From Tubiluchus corallicola (taxonomy: Eukaryota > Animalia > Priapulida), in assembly GCA_030141605.1 (NCBI GenBank), contig JAQGDQ010000037.1, forward strand, positions 744,001 through 808,000: a stretch of DNA of 64,000 bases, in the 5' to 3' direction. The translations under genes and the position numbers were made by a program. Of the stretch, positions 1 to 12,640 are shown piece by piece. Position 1 is the first letter of the stretch; every line of letters starts with the position of its first letter. Below the pieces are notes generated by a model. It was not told the origin of the DNA and searched no databases. It worked only from the letters and a program-made list of their open reading frames with translations.

Positions 1-283
1 TTTTATATGAATATAATTTTTGATGTTTTTGAGAATATTTAAATCACTCTTTAATTATCCAACTTTTACCTTAACTGTGGAAAACAATCAATGTTCTAAC
101 AGTATCTCGACATAATAAATACATTGTGTACGTGCTAATATTTATTTATACAATTTATTAAGGTGAAAAATTATATTAATGTATTACATTTTATTAGATT
201 TTAGCAGAAGAGCTTTCAGAGTTAGCTCTATTCTTGGTAATAATCGTACTTTTCGTATTGGTTTCACATCTTTTCTATTTTAG

Positions 284-3200
284 GATTTTTTCCACCCATT
301 GACAAGTTTCAAACTGACATACCAAAAGCTACGGTGAATGGAGAATCTGTTATTTTTATGGAGACGACAAAATTTTTACTGGAAAACAGAGCAGTGCTGG
401 TAATTTTTAACGTTCAATGTAGTAGGAATACTTTTAAATCTCTTCATGGCATCATTATAGCAGAATCAGTCAGTTATCACAGTTTTGTTAAGGAAAAGAA
501 CTTACCAATTTACCTGTTGTATTGTCATAGAAAGGATATTTTATTGGAGTCTTTCATTTATATTTTCGTCCAACAGGATTATAAAGCACTGCACACTCTC
601 TAGTAGTTTTGCCTACTCTTCAATAAGGCCTACTCCACGATGGTTGACTCGTAAGTTCTATGTGCCCTGGCCCATGGGTAATGAATATAAAACAATTATT
701 TTCTAAATCTGGAATTTTTTGGAGTTTTAAAATACTTGCAATTGTATTAGCACTTTGTTTCAAATGGCAGGCCCCATTGCCTCACACGATTATATTGTAT
801 TTTTTCTGGCAGTACTTGGTTGATTGTGAACAATGATCAGCGTGGCAGATGTGTAACACTGTAGTATTGTTATTTTTTGTACCTTTGAATGGAGCACCGT
901 ATTTAGAACAGAGACCATATGTCTGGATCAAAAAGAAACTAATTTGAAACTTACTTTTTTGCCTGTCAGTAAAGACTTATGCTAACCAATCTAACTTCTT
1001 GTGATCATAGACTTTTCTAGACTTTATTCTTTGTTGTATTGTTTTTCTGGGAAGAGATATTGTAAAAACAAACACATTTTCATTGGAACGTTAAGATCTA
1101 ACCAACTTTGGCGCTATCCTGTTTTTACCGTTAATACAATATTTATTGTTTTTTGTGTATTTATTTATACTGCAGTTTGCCGAAAGAGCTTTAGGACATC
1201 TGACAATATTACTGTCAAAAGAGCCCGTCAATATGGAGGAATATAGTTTTCTGCTAGCCAAATTACACAATTTGAGAGGAAGCTACGAAGAGAGCCTTAA
1301 TTGCATCAATGAAGCACTGGAGCATGATGTTGGGGTAGTAATATTGTTCCATTGAATAAGTTCTTCAAAGTTCGTAAAATTCAACACATTTTGACAGGTC
1401 AACTGACAGATACTTAGTTATGGAACCAAATCGTTTTTAGTTTCAAAGAACTTTGCGAATATCTTTGTGACAAGTCTGTGCATTATAGCAAAGTACTTAA
1501 AACCCTCATTAATTGCAGCTAGTGGTAACACTTTGGTAACTAGTAATACTTCCAATGTGCTAAATGTTTCCAGTGTTATGTAACTGACTACCAAACTCAG
1601 TTATTAGGATATGTTTTTAATTTTATATTAACCAATAAAAATATTTCAGTTGTGGACTTTGTTTCTAAGCTTGAACACTGCTTTCCAACAGGCCTAGAAT
1701 ATGATTTCATCTACATGAAGCTGTTTTGTTTTCGGAATTTAGACAAAGGTTTTTTCTCTAAATGGTTTTTGGTCGTTCTTCGGTGATTACTGTGTCTGAA
1801 CAATATTAGAATTTCCAAAGTTGATGAAGGAGGCAAAGTTGTCATTATGGATAACCAAACTTATCGCATCAAAATTTTTGAACTGCTTAATGATGACCAA
1901 GTTTAGAAAAACTTCAAAAAACCTATTTACTGAAATGCAGTCTTCTTTTAGCAAAAATCTGTATCTAATTATTTACGAGGTTATAAAGACACTCTGAGAT
2001 GTTTTCAATCAAGACTGCCATGATTGCCACATGCTTATGGTCTTCAAAAATTCATGAGAATAATGTTGCCCTTAGACTTATCACATCTAGCCATTGTTCT
2101 CCAAATTTCTTATCGAAATTTCTAGCTAAAATCTTGTTTCAAACATTAGGCTCATTTTCGGATGTTCACTTTTTACATAACTTAGACCTGCTTAATAAAC
2201 TAGACAATATCATTGTAGGTAATATCAAATTTGTTTTTTTTGAGGCTCAGTCACTTTTCATGAATGTACCGATTCAACCAACTTTATTTTTTTACGAAGA
2301 AGATTAATTCACTGTCCCTATTGACTGCTTCATTGAGCTCACTGAATTTTGCATAAAGAATTTTGCTCAATTCAAAGGCAATTCCTTTGAACCAATACTT
2401 GACAAGGCTAAGGATAACCTCTTACCTGTTCTGGCTAACCTGTTTTTAGAACATGTTGAATCTGAAATTTTGCTACTTTACACTAGTCTACATTCCAAAC
2501 AGTGACTTTTGCTATGTGGATGATGTCTTGTGCTCAGTCATTCAAATTTCGATTGCATAATTTTACCCTACTTTAATTTTACTTACGAAGTTGAATGTCA
2601 AAATAAAAGATGCTTGTAGATGTTCTCATTCATAATCATTCGACCCATTTGTCTTCCTCGTTTTACAAAAAACACAACAATCTGAACTTTATTTGCACCA
2701 TTTTCCCCGAGCACTACGTATTTGTGCTAATATTTACGTTTAAGCTAAACTAACCTATATAAAAACCTCTTTGATAAAATTGGGTTGTCCTGGAGATGTT
2801 GTCAAAAAAGAACTATGTAAAGCCAAATATTACTCAAATAAATCTCGAAATTCAGCTACTGAAGCCATAAATAATAAACCTATGTTAAAAAACTTTGTTG
2901 CTCTACATGCTTCTTGCCTTGAGATCCTTAATACAGTTGTCAATTTAAAAGGCACTAAACACATATTCAAATAAAACAACAAATAAAAATCAGTTCTTTG
3001 TAACAACAATTCTTCTTAATTCAAAAATAACTGCAGTGTTTACAAAGTACCCTGTAAATAATATGATAAAATCTATTATGGTGAAACTTGATGTGACTTA
3101 AAAACCCTTAAAGAACATATTCATGGCATCAAAATTCAAAAACCTGAAAGTAGCATTGCCAATCATGTTGAGGAAACTAGTCATGCCTTTCATTTTAACA

Positions 3201-6200
3201 ACTCTGGAATTCTTTTTAAATAACGTCACTAAAATGCTACATTGTAGAGTCTGTTTTAATAATAAAAAAATTCTGTTCTGTTAAGTGTGTTAACCTTTTT
3301 TTAAATGATGTGTTTTTACCTCACAGCATTCTGCTTTCTTAACACATCTCTGTGTTAGCTAAATCTTACTTACTCAAATGCAGTATTCTTTTAACAAAAA
3401 ACTCTGAATCTAATTATTTCCTGCTTTCAGCATTATAAAAACACTCTGAAATGTATAACACTCAAGACTGCCATAATTTTATGGTCTTTCAAAAATTCAT
3501 AAGAATAATGTTGTGATTAAACATAACATATCCAGATGAGTTCTTTTAGTTGTTACTTATCTAACAGTATGTATTCATAGTTAAATTCACCCTAGTCTGT
3601 CCACTTTTTACTACTTGGGCTTTGCTTGAAGTGCCAGTAATGCCTGATCTCGCTAGCATAGTCATTATGTTACTAAGTGGATCTCTTAAATTTGACTAAA
3701 TTTAACCATCCATTTTCAACTTATTTAAATAACTTGTAAACTCACTACCGTGGGGTTGTCCTCTTTTGGCTTTATTTGGTTCACCCTTTTCGTCTGATGA
3801 ATCATTTCGTACAATTTTACTCTTTTGCTCTTCCCCTCCAACCCTATGGGTTGTCTTAACCTCGTACGTCATTTTCACTCACTCAAGCAAAAGATATGAA
3901 ACAAAGTGATCTTTACGGCAATGCACGCATTCGAAATTCACCAGAAAATGTAAATTATTTCATTTCAAAGTCTTTTTCGTTTAATAGTAACTATGAATTC
4001 TTTCTGTAATAATAATAATGCATTAAAACCTTCAATGTCTGTTGGGGTTATATAGGTCTTTATCATTGTTTATGCCATAGTGATGTTCGAATTGCATGTT
4101 TTTTTTTACAGAATGCTTTGTACTGGGGAATTCTTGGTACAGCTAAAGAACAGTTGAAGCAGAAAACCTCTGCTTTAGAATGTTATGAAAGAGCTCTGGC
4201 ATTGGAAGAAAGGCCACTACTTGAGATGCGGCCAATTTATATGCAATTGGGAAATTTATATTTGGATGGCGAGAAAGTAAATTGTGTCTTGAGTTTTTAA
4301 AAAATAATTAGACATTACTATACAAAATGGATTGAACAAAATGGATCGTAATGCGCCTGGTTTATGCAAATGCAAATGTTGACATTCTTCGTAAAATACC
4401 AGTTAAGTCAGGGGTGTGCAAACCGTGGCCCGCGGGTCGCTTGCTGCCGTGAGGTCTTGTGTGCGACGAGGTTTGTCAAGCTAATGAAAGTGCAACTCGG
4501 GCGATGAATCGAGTCGCAAGTATCGGGAAGATGTTTCTAGCTAAAGTCCGCATGATCGCAAAGATAATGCAGGTAGATCACTTGGATTTAGCCGTTACGA
4601 GAGGGTTGGCACTTAATGTCATTGTCGGACATGGTGAAATTTCGCGATACTCACTTGGAACAAAAAAGGTAATGTAAAGTCACAGAACACTGGAAACTGT
4701 CACGGAAGCTGCTATTCTAATGCCAAAGTGTGCAAGAAATGCAACAAGCAATCTCATTGGCTCGTAGGAAAACCAACCAGCCAATCTCTAGCCTTCTGTT
4801 GTCAGTGGTGGGCATTGGTGTCAGTTGTCTGGGCCGGTGGATCATCATAATAAATATAAAATAACCAAGTCAAAATTATCTACCTGCTATAACCAAGAAG
4901 ATGACTGGGCCGATCAGTTTGTAGCTCACAAGCTGTAAAAGTGAAACTTGATACAGATTTTAGTTTCTACTACAAGAGATTAGTTTGGTTTTTGTCTTCT
5001 TTGGTTTTGAGATTATTACAATGACAACTAATGTGCATTGTAATAAGATTACCATTATGTGACGTGAAAGTTGAAATCTATGGTTTTTAATAACTTCTAG
5101 AATAGTTTTCCTCGGTGTAATAGTAATGATGCAACAGATCAGATGCAAAAAAATCTTTATTAGGCCCTACTATTCTTGATTTCTTGACTAAACTGCATAC
5201 GACTTGCCGGAATTGTGGGAAAGTTTAATGTGGCCCGTCTAGTCAGATAATTTGCACACCCCTGAGTTAAGTAAATGGTAAAATATTTCTTGTTTTCTTC
5301 TCAAAATGATCTACAAGTGATGACAGTGTTCTAGGGCTTTATCGTAATATATCTAGTGTTAGCGAGTACCCGTAAAATAATTTTCCGATTTTTCAGTACG
5401 AAGAAGCCAAACAAGCATTTCTGCAAGCTTGTGTAGTCACTCCTTCCTGTTTGTCTTGGCTTGGTGCTGGTAAAGCTTGTTATAGGGTAGGTGTGGGTAA
5501 AGGCTGTGTAGAGATTGATGATTTATAATCCTAATTGCAAGATTACCTATTATTGTAGGTCTTAATTCAATCCTTATGTAGCTCAGTAACCAAATAGTAT
5601 ACAGTATAATGGACTAATATTGAAGCCTGCTACAGTGAGTTTCTGGTTACTACGAGTAAATTTCAGTCCTGTCAAATTTAGGCTTAAATTCATATTTAAA
5701 TCTTGCTTACAGCGAGCTCTGATATTGCGAGTTTTTGCTTATAACGAGGGAATTTTCCGGCTCCATGACTGTACTTCTCCAGTATATAACTAGCGTGAGT
5801 TCAAAGACAATGGGCAAATGGACACCATTCACCAAGGGCAAAAAGACGTGGGGATTAATTTATTGGTCTCGCATAAAACTGTGTATTAAGTACAGCATAA
5901 TCACGTAGGTGCGCTGGTTGGTCTGCAGTTACGTTTGCTGCTGTAATTGTAATTTACAGACTGGACAGTTACAATGAAGTGAGCACGATGATTCACACAG
6001 AAAAAAACGATTTCTCAACCGATTAACTAGAATGACGCAGTTGAAGTCTTTGCTAAACTTCAGCAATTTTTAAGTTATCACCTGCAACTCTTTTCAAACC
6101 TTTCAAAACTTGATAGCGCTTAAACAAAGCTGTGGTATAATTTAATGTGCAGTTGGCAAAAATAACTAAGTTTTTTTAAAAAAAGATGAATTGTTCTGCT

Positions 6201-7505
6201 TAGCAAAGTAGATAATGTGTGTTTATTCTCTATCATCTGCATTTGATTTATGTCTTTATTGCATTTGAATTTTGTAAATGAACATTTATACGACACATTC
6301 AGACTAACTGTAATTTTCTCTGACGGCAAATTTGCAAGTGTGAACTGCTTTACGAGAATATTCGCAAGAAATTGCAAACTCTTCGACGGTTGCTGCGAGT
6401 TGCTTTACTTTCTAATGTGAATGCATCCACAAGTTACTCTCGATTCTTTCTGCAGCAAATAGAGAAGCCTGTCATATCATGTTGACTCGGAAAGTAACTT
6501 GCAGCAAATTTTGCTCATTACTCTGAACACGCTTGTTAGTTACTTGGTGAGAAACCTAGCTAGCCTGAAAGAGCCGTTAAATTCCGTGTACCGTTAGCCT
6601 AAACACTTAAACCATTTGTATTTCTTTGTTCATTACAGTCATAATTAGCTCATAATAATCAACATAGTCATAAATTTATGTTGAATCTAATGCCTTTATT
6701 TTTTGTCGTTATAGTTGCTTTACAGTTTTATTTCTAATCTCTTTAATGAAGGTATGTTTAACAGATTTATTTTCTTTACAGCTCGATCAGTTTTCTGATG
6801 CCGAACAAGCCTTAACCGAAGCTAATCTAATGGATAATCTAAAACCAGAAGTTTGGGCTTACTTATCACTGGTCTCATTAAAACTGGGTCATAAACTAGA
6901 AGCAGAGCAATCATACAAGTACACACTGAAAGTAAACAGTATAAGCACCTTTTTTGTTTCAGTAAAGACATATATACATATAAAGTGAAGTATAAGCTAC
7001 TGTAGGCTATCTTTAGATATTACAATGAGAGCCATTTTAACATTATAACCTCTCAGGCTAAGTAGTGCACAGGCGACCCCTCCTACACAACTACTCATGG
7101 GTATAAAAATGTAAATGGCTGACAAAACTAAACATATATTTATTCTATTGATATTTCGAACAAAATCAGTGTTTAAACATTAAAAAACATGCTCTAAGCA
7201 AAAATTGATCAATACAAACGTTTGAACAATATATCATGAGCTTTCAACACACACATTGACAGCAAGGCGCATATTGATATACGTAGATTAGCATGGGGCC
7301 TTTATGCTCATGGGGCCCGCATGTCCATGTGTTAAGAAGGCCCTGACTTCAACGACAATTTGTTAACTATTAATATAACCTAAACACGAAAAAAGTTAAA
7401 ATGAACCATTTTTATTCATTGTAGTGCAGCCTAGATGATGAGACATTACTACAACAAATTCATGATGAACAAGAAAAAGTTGGTTTTGGAAATCCCCAGT
7501 TTTGA
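284..7505 (+). CDS. CFAP70: Cilia- and flagella-associated protein 70 (TPR protein), 3' part; 5' exons lie upstream of the window
   Basis: Phase-consistent GT-AG exons: 284-399, 1176-1334, 4112-4276, 5397-5486, 6782-6931, 7425-7505 (TGA). They encode TPR-like helices ([64 protein letters not shown]) and the CFAP70-type C-terminus [11 protein letters not shown]. Confidence 0.85.
1810..3260 (+). mobile_element. Degenerate Penelope-like retroelement (RT + GIY-YIG endonuclease) in a CFAP70 intron
   Basis: Frameshifted remnants of PLE RT motifs ([50 protein letters not shown]) followed by a GIY-YIG-like segment (SVYKVPCK...IYYGET...KEH...SSIANH). About 3370-3535 re-duplicates ~1925-2080. Confidence 0.75.
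4409..5264. mobile_element. Non-autonomous hAT (Charlie-like) DNA transposon
   Basis: Perfect 14-bp TIRs (CAGGGGTGTGCAAA / TTTGCACACCCCTG), perfect 8-bp TSD AGTTAAGT (4401-4408, 5265-5272), and subterminal GGCCCG motifs. Confidence 0.9.
7040..7345. mobile_element. Degenerate copy of the hAT-like MITE at 31430-31778
   Basis: Shared internal sequence (aacaaaatcagtgtttaa...tagattagca...ggggccc) and right end gttaagaaggccctg; left boundary approximate. Confidence 0.65.
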
Positions 7506-8567
7506 CTTTATGTGGCACTCAAACATCCATTACCAAGATACAAGGACTGCTGATGTCTGTGTTAACATGCAGTAAGGCACGTAGTAAATACATGCATTTG
7601 TTGTATTAAAGCATATGTATGCCTTTAATTCCATGTTTTTATTTATTGTTAATTTATTGTAGGTTTTTTCACTTCAGAATTATCAGTTCGTCTGTCTGTT
7701 GCCACTTTTTCTCAGTTGTGGAGTAATGTAGCAAGTTGAGATACAGGTAGAATATGGGCCAAACTCAGAGCCTGTTAATTTTTAGGTTAAGTGGCAGAGA
7801 TTTGAATTTTTTACAATTCTTGAAGATTTGTGTATACGTAACAAAGGTCTGTATAACATAATATGCCAGCCACTCAGGTGTAGGCGATTGATAACACCAG
7901 TGACAGCTAAACGAATAATGATTCGTTAGTGGGGTAGCAGATAACACTCAGTAACATATGTTAAGCACACACGGTAGGACGCTAGACCAAAGTTTTTTAA
8001 GTTAAAATTGTAGTCCGTGTCAATGCAGAAAGCACATTTGCAGTTAAAATAAGCTTTGTGTATGTCTGTATCTTGACTTAACTTCACATACATTATAATT
8101 ATGAAAACATGTACTCTTATTACAATGGTGGCTCTATACATTTTTGTAGTAATCTTCGTATACATTGATCTCATCAGGGCAAATTTGCCTCCTACCGAGG
8201 GCTCTGTAGTTTATTGTAATAAAGGCACACTGCAATAAACAATGTTCTGTATGCTTTTCTTAATGGTTTTTGTGTTTATTATTCAATAAATCCATCCATT
8301 ATTTATAACACTGCAGAAAAATCTATACATTGTTTTCTATTATTTTATCAGCAAACATTTATCAATATATGTGATAAAAAAAAATCGGTGTAGTCACATA
8401 ATTAAGCGGACTACACATACAAACACTTTTCTTTTATCTTTTATTGCTTCTGTTGAAAACAAATTACTAATATGACACAGCTATAAGAAAGTAGCCTTAG
8501 TTGTTATTGCACATGAACATGTTATTGCAAAAATGACATGAAAATTATACAAATATCAGTTTTGCAA

Positions 8568-8967
8568 AATAAGCCTTTCACAGTTTTAGCGATTGATGAT
8601 AATCATGAAAAGGTCAAAGGTTAAGTGTATCAGACAACGCATATGCATACTGTACACTTGACAATCCCTCGCAGCTGATGTTATTGTAATAGAAACAGTT
8701 TAACAGCTAGTTCATTTTTCCTTGTTCCCAAGAAAGATCCTGCTAGTAAATCACTCTACACACAGACTAATGCATAATGCAGACTAAGCCCATGTAAAAC
8801 CACCGAAGTTACTAATTGATGCGGCAAACGGCTTTGCTTTAAACACATCACGTGGCAGTGTAGTTAAGATGTGTTGGTGGCATTCACTTAACCTTTGACA
8901 AAATTGCTTTCACTTAACCTCTGACTTAATTGCACGTGTGCATAGCGAAACTATGAAAAAGCTTATT
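8568..8967. mobile_element. MITE-like inverted-repeat element between the CFAP70 and MOCS1 3' ends
   Basis: Imperfect terminal inverted repeats (aataagcctttcacagttt / aaactatgaaaaagcttatt) plus an inner inverted pair (gtcaaaggttaagtg / cacttaacctttgac). Confidence 0.55.
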
Positions 8968-9852
8968 ACACTTTTAAAATTGCTAAATTATGCTTTACAA
9001 GTAGAGAGCAAAACATGTAACTTTTATTTTAATGGTAAATTCCTATATAGATGAAAGTGACAAGTTTCTTATACTGATAACTCCACTATGAGTTTGCAGA
9101 ACTGTGAATACATGCTAATACAATGGCATAATAACACAAGATATTAATATACGTTATACCTTACTTCCTGATTTGTACATAACTAGTTAAGCTAAAACAT
9201 AAACACCAAAGCCTAAAACTTTAGTAATTAGTGCAAAGCACTTTCGTTCATTGAAGAACTCTCCTAGTTAAAATAAGGCAAAAGTATAAAAATATAAATC
9301 TCTCAAGTTTCAACAATACAGAATCATAAACTATATAAAACTTTAATGCATCACTTTTACCCTCAGATGTGAGGTAGACAACACAAAATTCTATCCTAAA
9401 TGTCCAGCAACACAAAGTTGTGTGTTAAATACAAAATTTACGTTGTTCTACACAAAATGCCTCAGAAATCTACAAACAAGCACAGGGTTTCATGCCATAC
9501 ATCACAATATGTTAAATGCACGACACAGCTTTTTCTCTGACCTCCAGAACCTACTTATAGGGTAGCATAATTCAAAGAACCTAGTTTATTCACAATGTCT
9601 GTTAAACAGAAATTCTAGGTACTAATTTTTCGTAATTAAATACAATTATAGTATACAACTATAAATAATAATGAATACACACAAAAAAAAACACGAAATT
9701 AGAATCAAGATGAGCCGAAAAAGAAACTTAGCAGCAAATGGCAAACTTCACCACTATTCCATATAGAAAGAAAATATAAAAATACACATTTAGGAGTAAA
9801 TATGGTTTCTACCAACTCTTATAGACAATTTGTACAGGCACTCACAGTATTG

Positions 9853-10301
9853 CAAAAAGAAAATTTTTATTAAAAGTATTAAGATACAAAATGTTAAAAA
9901 TGTCACATACATTTTACCTGCAGCTGCAGTCATCTTCAGTGTAAGATTATATAAACAGCCAGCTATATAGGCAGGGCTTACAGTACAAAAATTCACTAAT
10001 TATGTATTTATTGTTTTTTGAAATAAACAATCTTGTGTCTTGAATCGTAAATCTTGATACGAGGAAGCCAAAGATGTAGTGAATTAACAGACTTGCAGAT
10101 AAGAAGGATACACGGTAAAAGTAAAGCAAGCATTTATTTCCTTGTAATTAGTGAATTTCTGTACTGTAAGCACTGCCCATAAAATTTGTTCATTTGTATG
10201 ACCTCACACTGAAAATTAACTGCAGGCTGCAGCTGAAACATGTGTGACATGTTTTTAACATTTCATTTCTTAAAGCTTTTAATAAAAGTTGTTTCTTTTT
10301 G
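9853..10301. repeat. Long imperfect inverted repeat (~150-bp arms, ~140-bp spacer) downstream of the MOCS1B stop
   Basis: Arm 9853-10002 is the imperfect reverse complement of 10145-10301 (e.g. gcttacagtacaaaaattcactaatta vs taattagtgaatttctgtactgtaagc). Confidence 0.8.
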
Positions 10302-10403
10302 TAACTTTTATGGCATTTCATTAAAATATTTTTTGAGATGCGTCTTTGCAAGTGAATAAAATTTCACACTTCATGCATTTGTTGTCAAGTGCAAAACTAG
10401 AAA

Positions 10404-11269
10404 TCAATTACTGAAGTAATCTCCTCTCTGGCCTCCAGTCTTAGAGATCAGTCTTATATTATGAATGAGCATTTTATGTGTAACAGCTTTGCACATGTCA
10501 TACACAGTAAGAGCTGCAATGCTCACACCTGTCAGTGCCTCCATTTCGACTCCAGTCTTGCCATACGTGGCAACAGTACAGGTAATAACTACATCATACG
10601 TGTTGTCATCCAGCGTCAGCTTTACGTCAATCTTATTAATAGGTATAGGATGACATAGAGGAATAATATTGCTTGTTTGCTTAGCTGCCATAATACCAGC
10701 TATTTTTGCAACTGTCAAAACATCTCCCTTTTTCATTTTGTTCATAGATACAAGGTGGAAAACTTCAGAGGTCAATCGTACTTGCCCCATTGCAACAGCG
10801 GTGCGAAAGCTGGCAAGTTTCCCTCCAACATCCACCATTACAGCATCACCAGTACTATCGACATGAGTTAAATGCTTATCTGACTTGGAATACTGACCAT
10901 ATGCTGATAAATCCAGATCGTTATTGCTATCATCTTCCACATGGTTTTGTCTTTCTACACGTTCATTGTGTTTGATTAAATTCATCTCCAGCTTTGTGTT
11001 CACAAAATTTGATTTATTTTGGGCTTCACTGGAAAAGGTCTTATAATAAGAACTTTCCCAGTATTCCATTGTAGCTTCGTCAAGCCAGTCCTTGTGGTTG
11101 TCGCCTTTGAATGAGTATTTTTTGTACAACTCTTTTTGGCTGCCATTGTTAGTGTCCTGCTGATTATTAGGTGGATGATCTTTTTTCTCTGGGTGAAAAC
11201 ACCTAGACGATGTGCAAATTGTTCTAGTTTGAATGACTGTACAGTCGGGATAACTCCCAAAAGGAGACC
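10404..11269 (-). CDS. MOCS1: MOCS1B (MoaC, cyclic pyranopterin monophosphate synthase), terminal exon of MOCS1
   Basis: MoaC motifs LTHVDSTGDAVMVDVGGK, KGDVLTVAKIAGIMAAKQTSNIIPLCHP and GKTGVEMEALTGVSIAALTVYDMCKAV. The frame stays open back to a polypyrimidine ttttccag acceptor (exon starts 11269, phase 1). Confidence 0.95.
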
Positions 11270-12170
11270 CTGGAAAAGTGGAATAAAGTTAAGTGAGTAG
11301 AAACCTCCATGGATAAATATAAATATTAGCAATCCGATTTCAGCATTGAAGGTCAGATTGTTATAAAAATGTATTTATTCCTTATTACCAGTATTGTTAT
11401 CCTGTGGAGTTAAATAAAAAAACGTGTACGCTATTTATTTATTGTCAGTGAATGTGTACATAAAAATGGCTATCTATGATACTCAAACTTTTGATCAAGA
11501 ATATTCTCAACAGTTAAACACATAACTGTATCAGGTTTACTATTCATTGATTCAAGAGTGTTGTGCACCTTGTAAAGTCCTTTTACGAGGCTAAAAGCTC
11601 TTATCACTTAGGTGCATTTTCAGATGGTTGGCTTGTAAAAATTAGCAGATGCCTTTGAGTAGGCATGGAAAGATAGAAGATGTACTTTTTTTTATAAATT
11701 GGGGCTACACAGCTGACAAACCAGTCTAATGAGAAAAAGACCAGATTTTATTGATACATATTTAGCATGGGTACAACATAATATTGAGACCACAAGGAAA
11801 AGTTTGTACACATGTACACACCATGTTAGTGAGCAGTAAAATTCCTTAATGACGTTGTATGAGCTTTTTTCCTACAAGGTAGTTTCCTAAATTTTATGCA
11901 AATGAAAATGACCAACTTTTTTAAATCTCACTGACTTTACTGAACACGTCGCGCAAATTTACAGCTGAACGTGTGCATACAATTTAATAGGAAACATTCG
12001 TCACTTTTTAGTCTATAGAAGTCACATGAAACATATTTAATTAGATTTGAATGTACATCAAAGTAGCTGATACATAACAGCATCTTCTAAAACTACTTTT
12101 ATATCTTCTATGAAGCTACACATTGTACATAATTCATACACTTTTGTTATTAATAAGTGCTTGTCCATCT

Positions 12171-12202
12171 GGTAGTCATATATATATATATATATGACTA
12201 CC
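12171..12202. repeat. Perfect palindrome with a (TA)n core
   Basis: GGTAGTCA-(TA)n-TGACTACC is self-complementary; it lies in the intron before the MOCS1B exon. Confidence 0.7.
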
Positions 12203-12640
12203 CGCATATGCTAATAGAGTACCTCGGTTAAAGAGCACTTTTTCTTAGGCCCCTAGCAGGTTTGCTACAATTATGTTATATTGTAAATACATTTTTATTA
12301 CAATCTATCCTTCAATGCAAACATTGCTAATATTGTAATTGTCTTTCACTTCCTCTTTCTCTCCTAAATATGATACATATTCGCTATTTCTTGCCATTCT
12401 TGGTAAAAAATGTGTCATTCTTGTGATAACACAAAAACATAAATGATGACACAGTCCTGAGTAACAAACAACAGTTTCTCCATAATTATGCTGTTCAGCA
12501 TTATCTACAAGAATATATGGACAAGTTTTTTTTCAGGTTTTTGTGTACACAAGCAATGTAAATGTAAGTGTGAAGTGAACAAAATCACATGCTTATAGAG
12601 TTGCAGTGCTAGCTAATAACTTACATGCAGAAGAATTTAG

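Noticed and set aside
10404-11129. 241-aa ORF as a stand-alone MoaC gene starting at TTG
   Set aside because: The frame is open upstream to a splice acceptor at 11269; it is the last exon of MOCS1.
11000-11332. 110-aa overlapping ORF upstream of MOCS1B
   Set aside because: Alternative frame starting in an intron, with no recognisable motifs.
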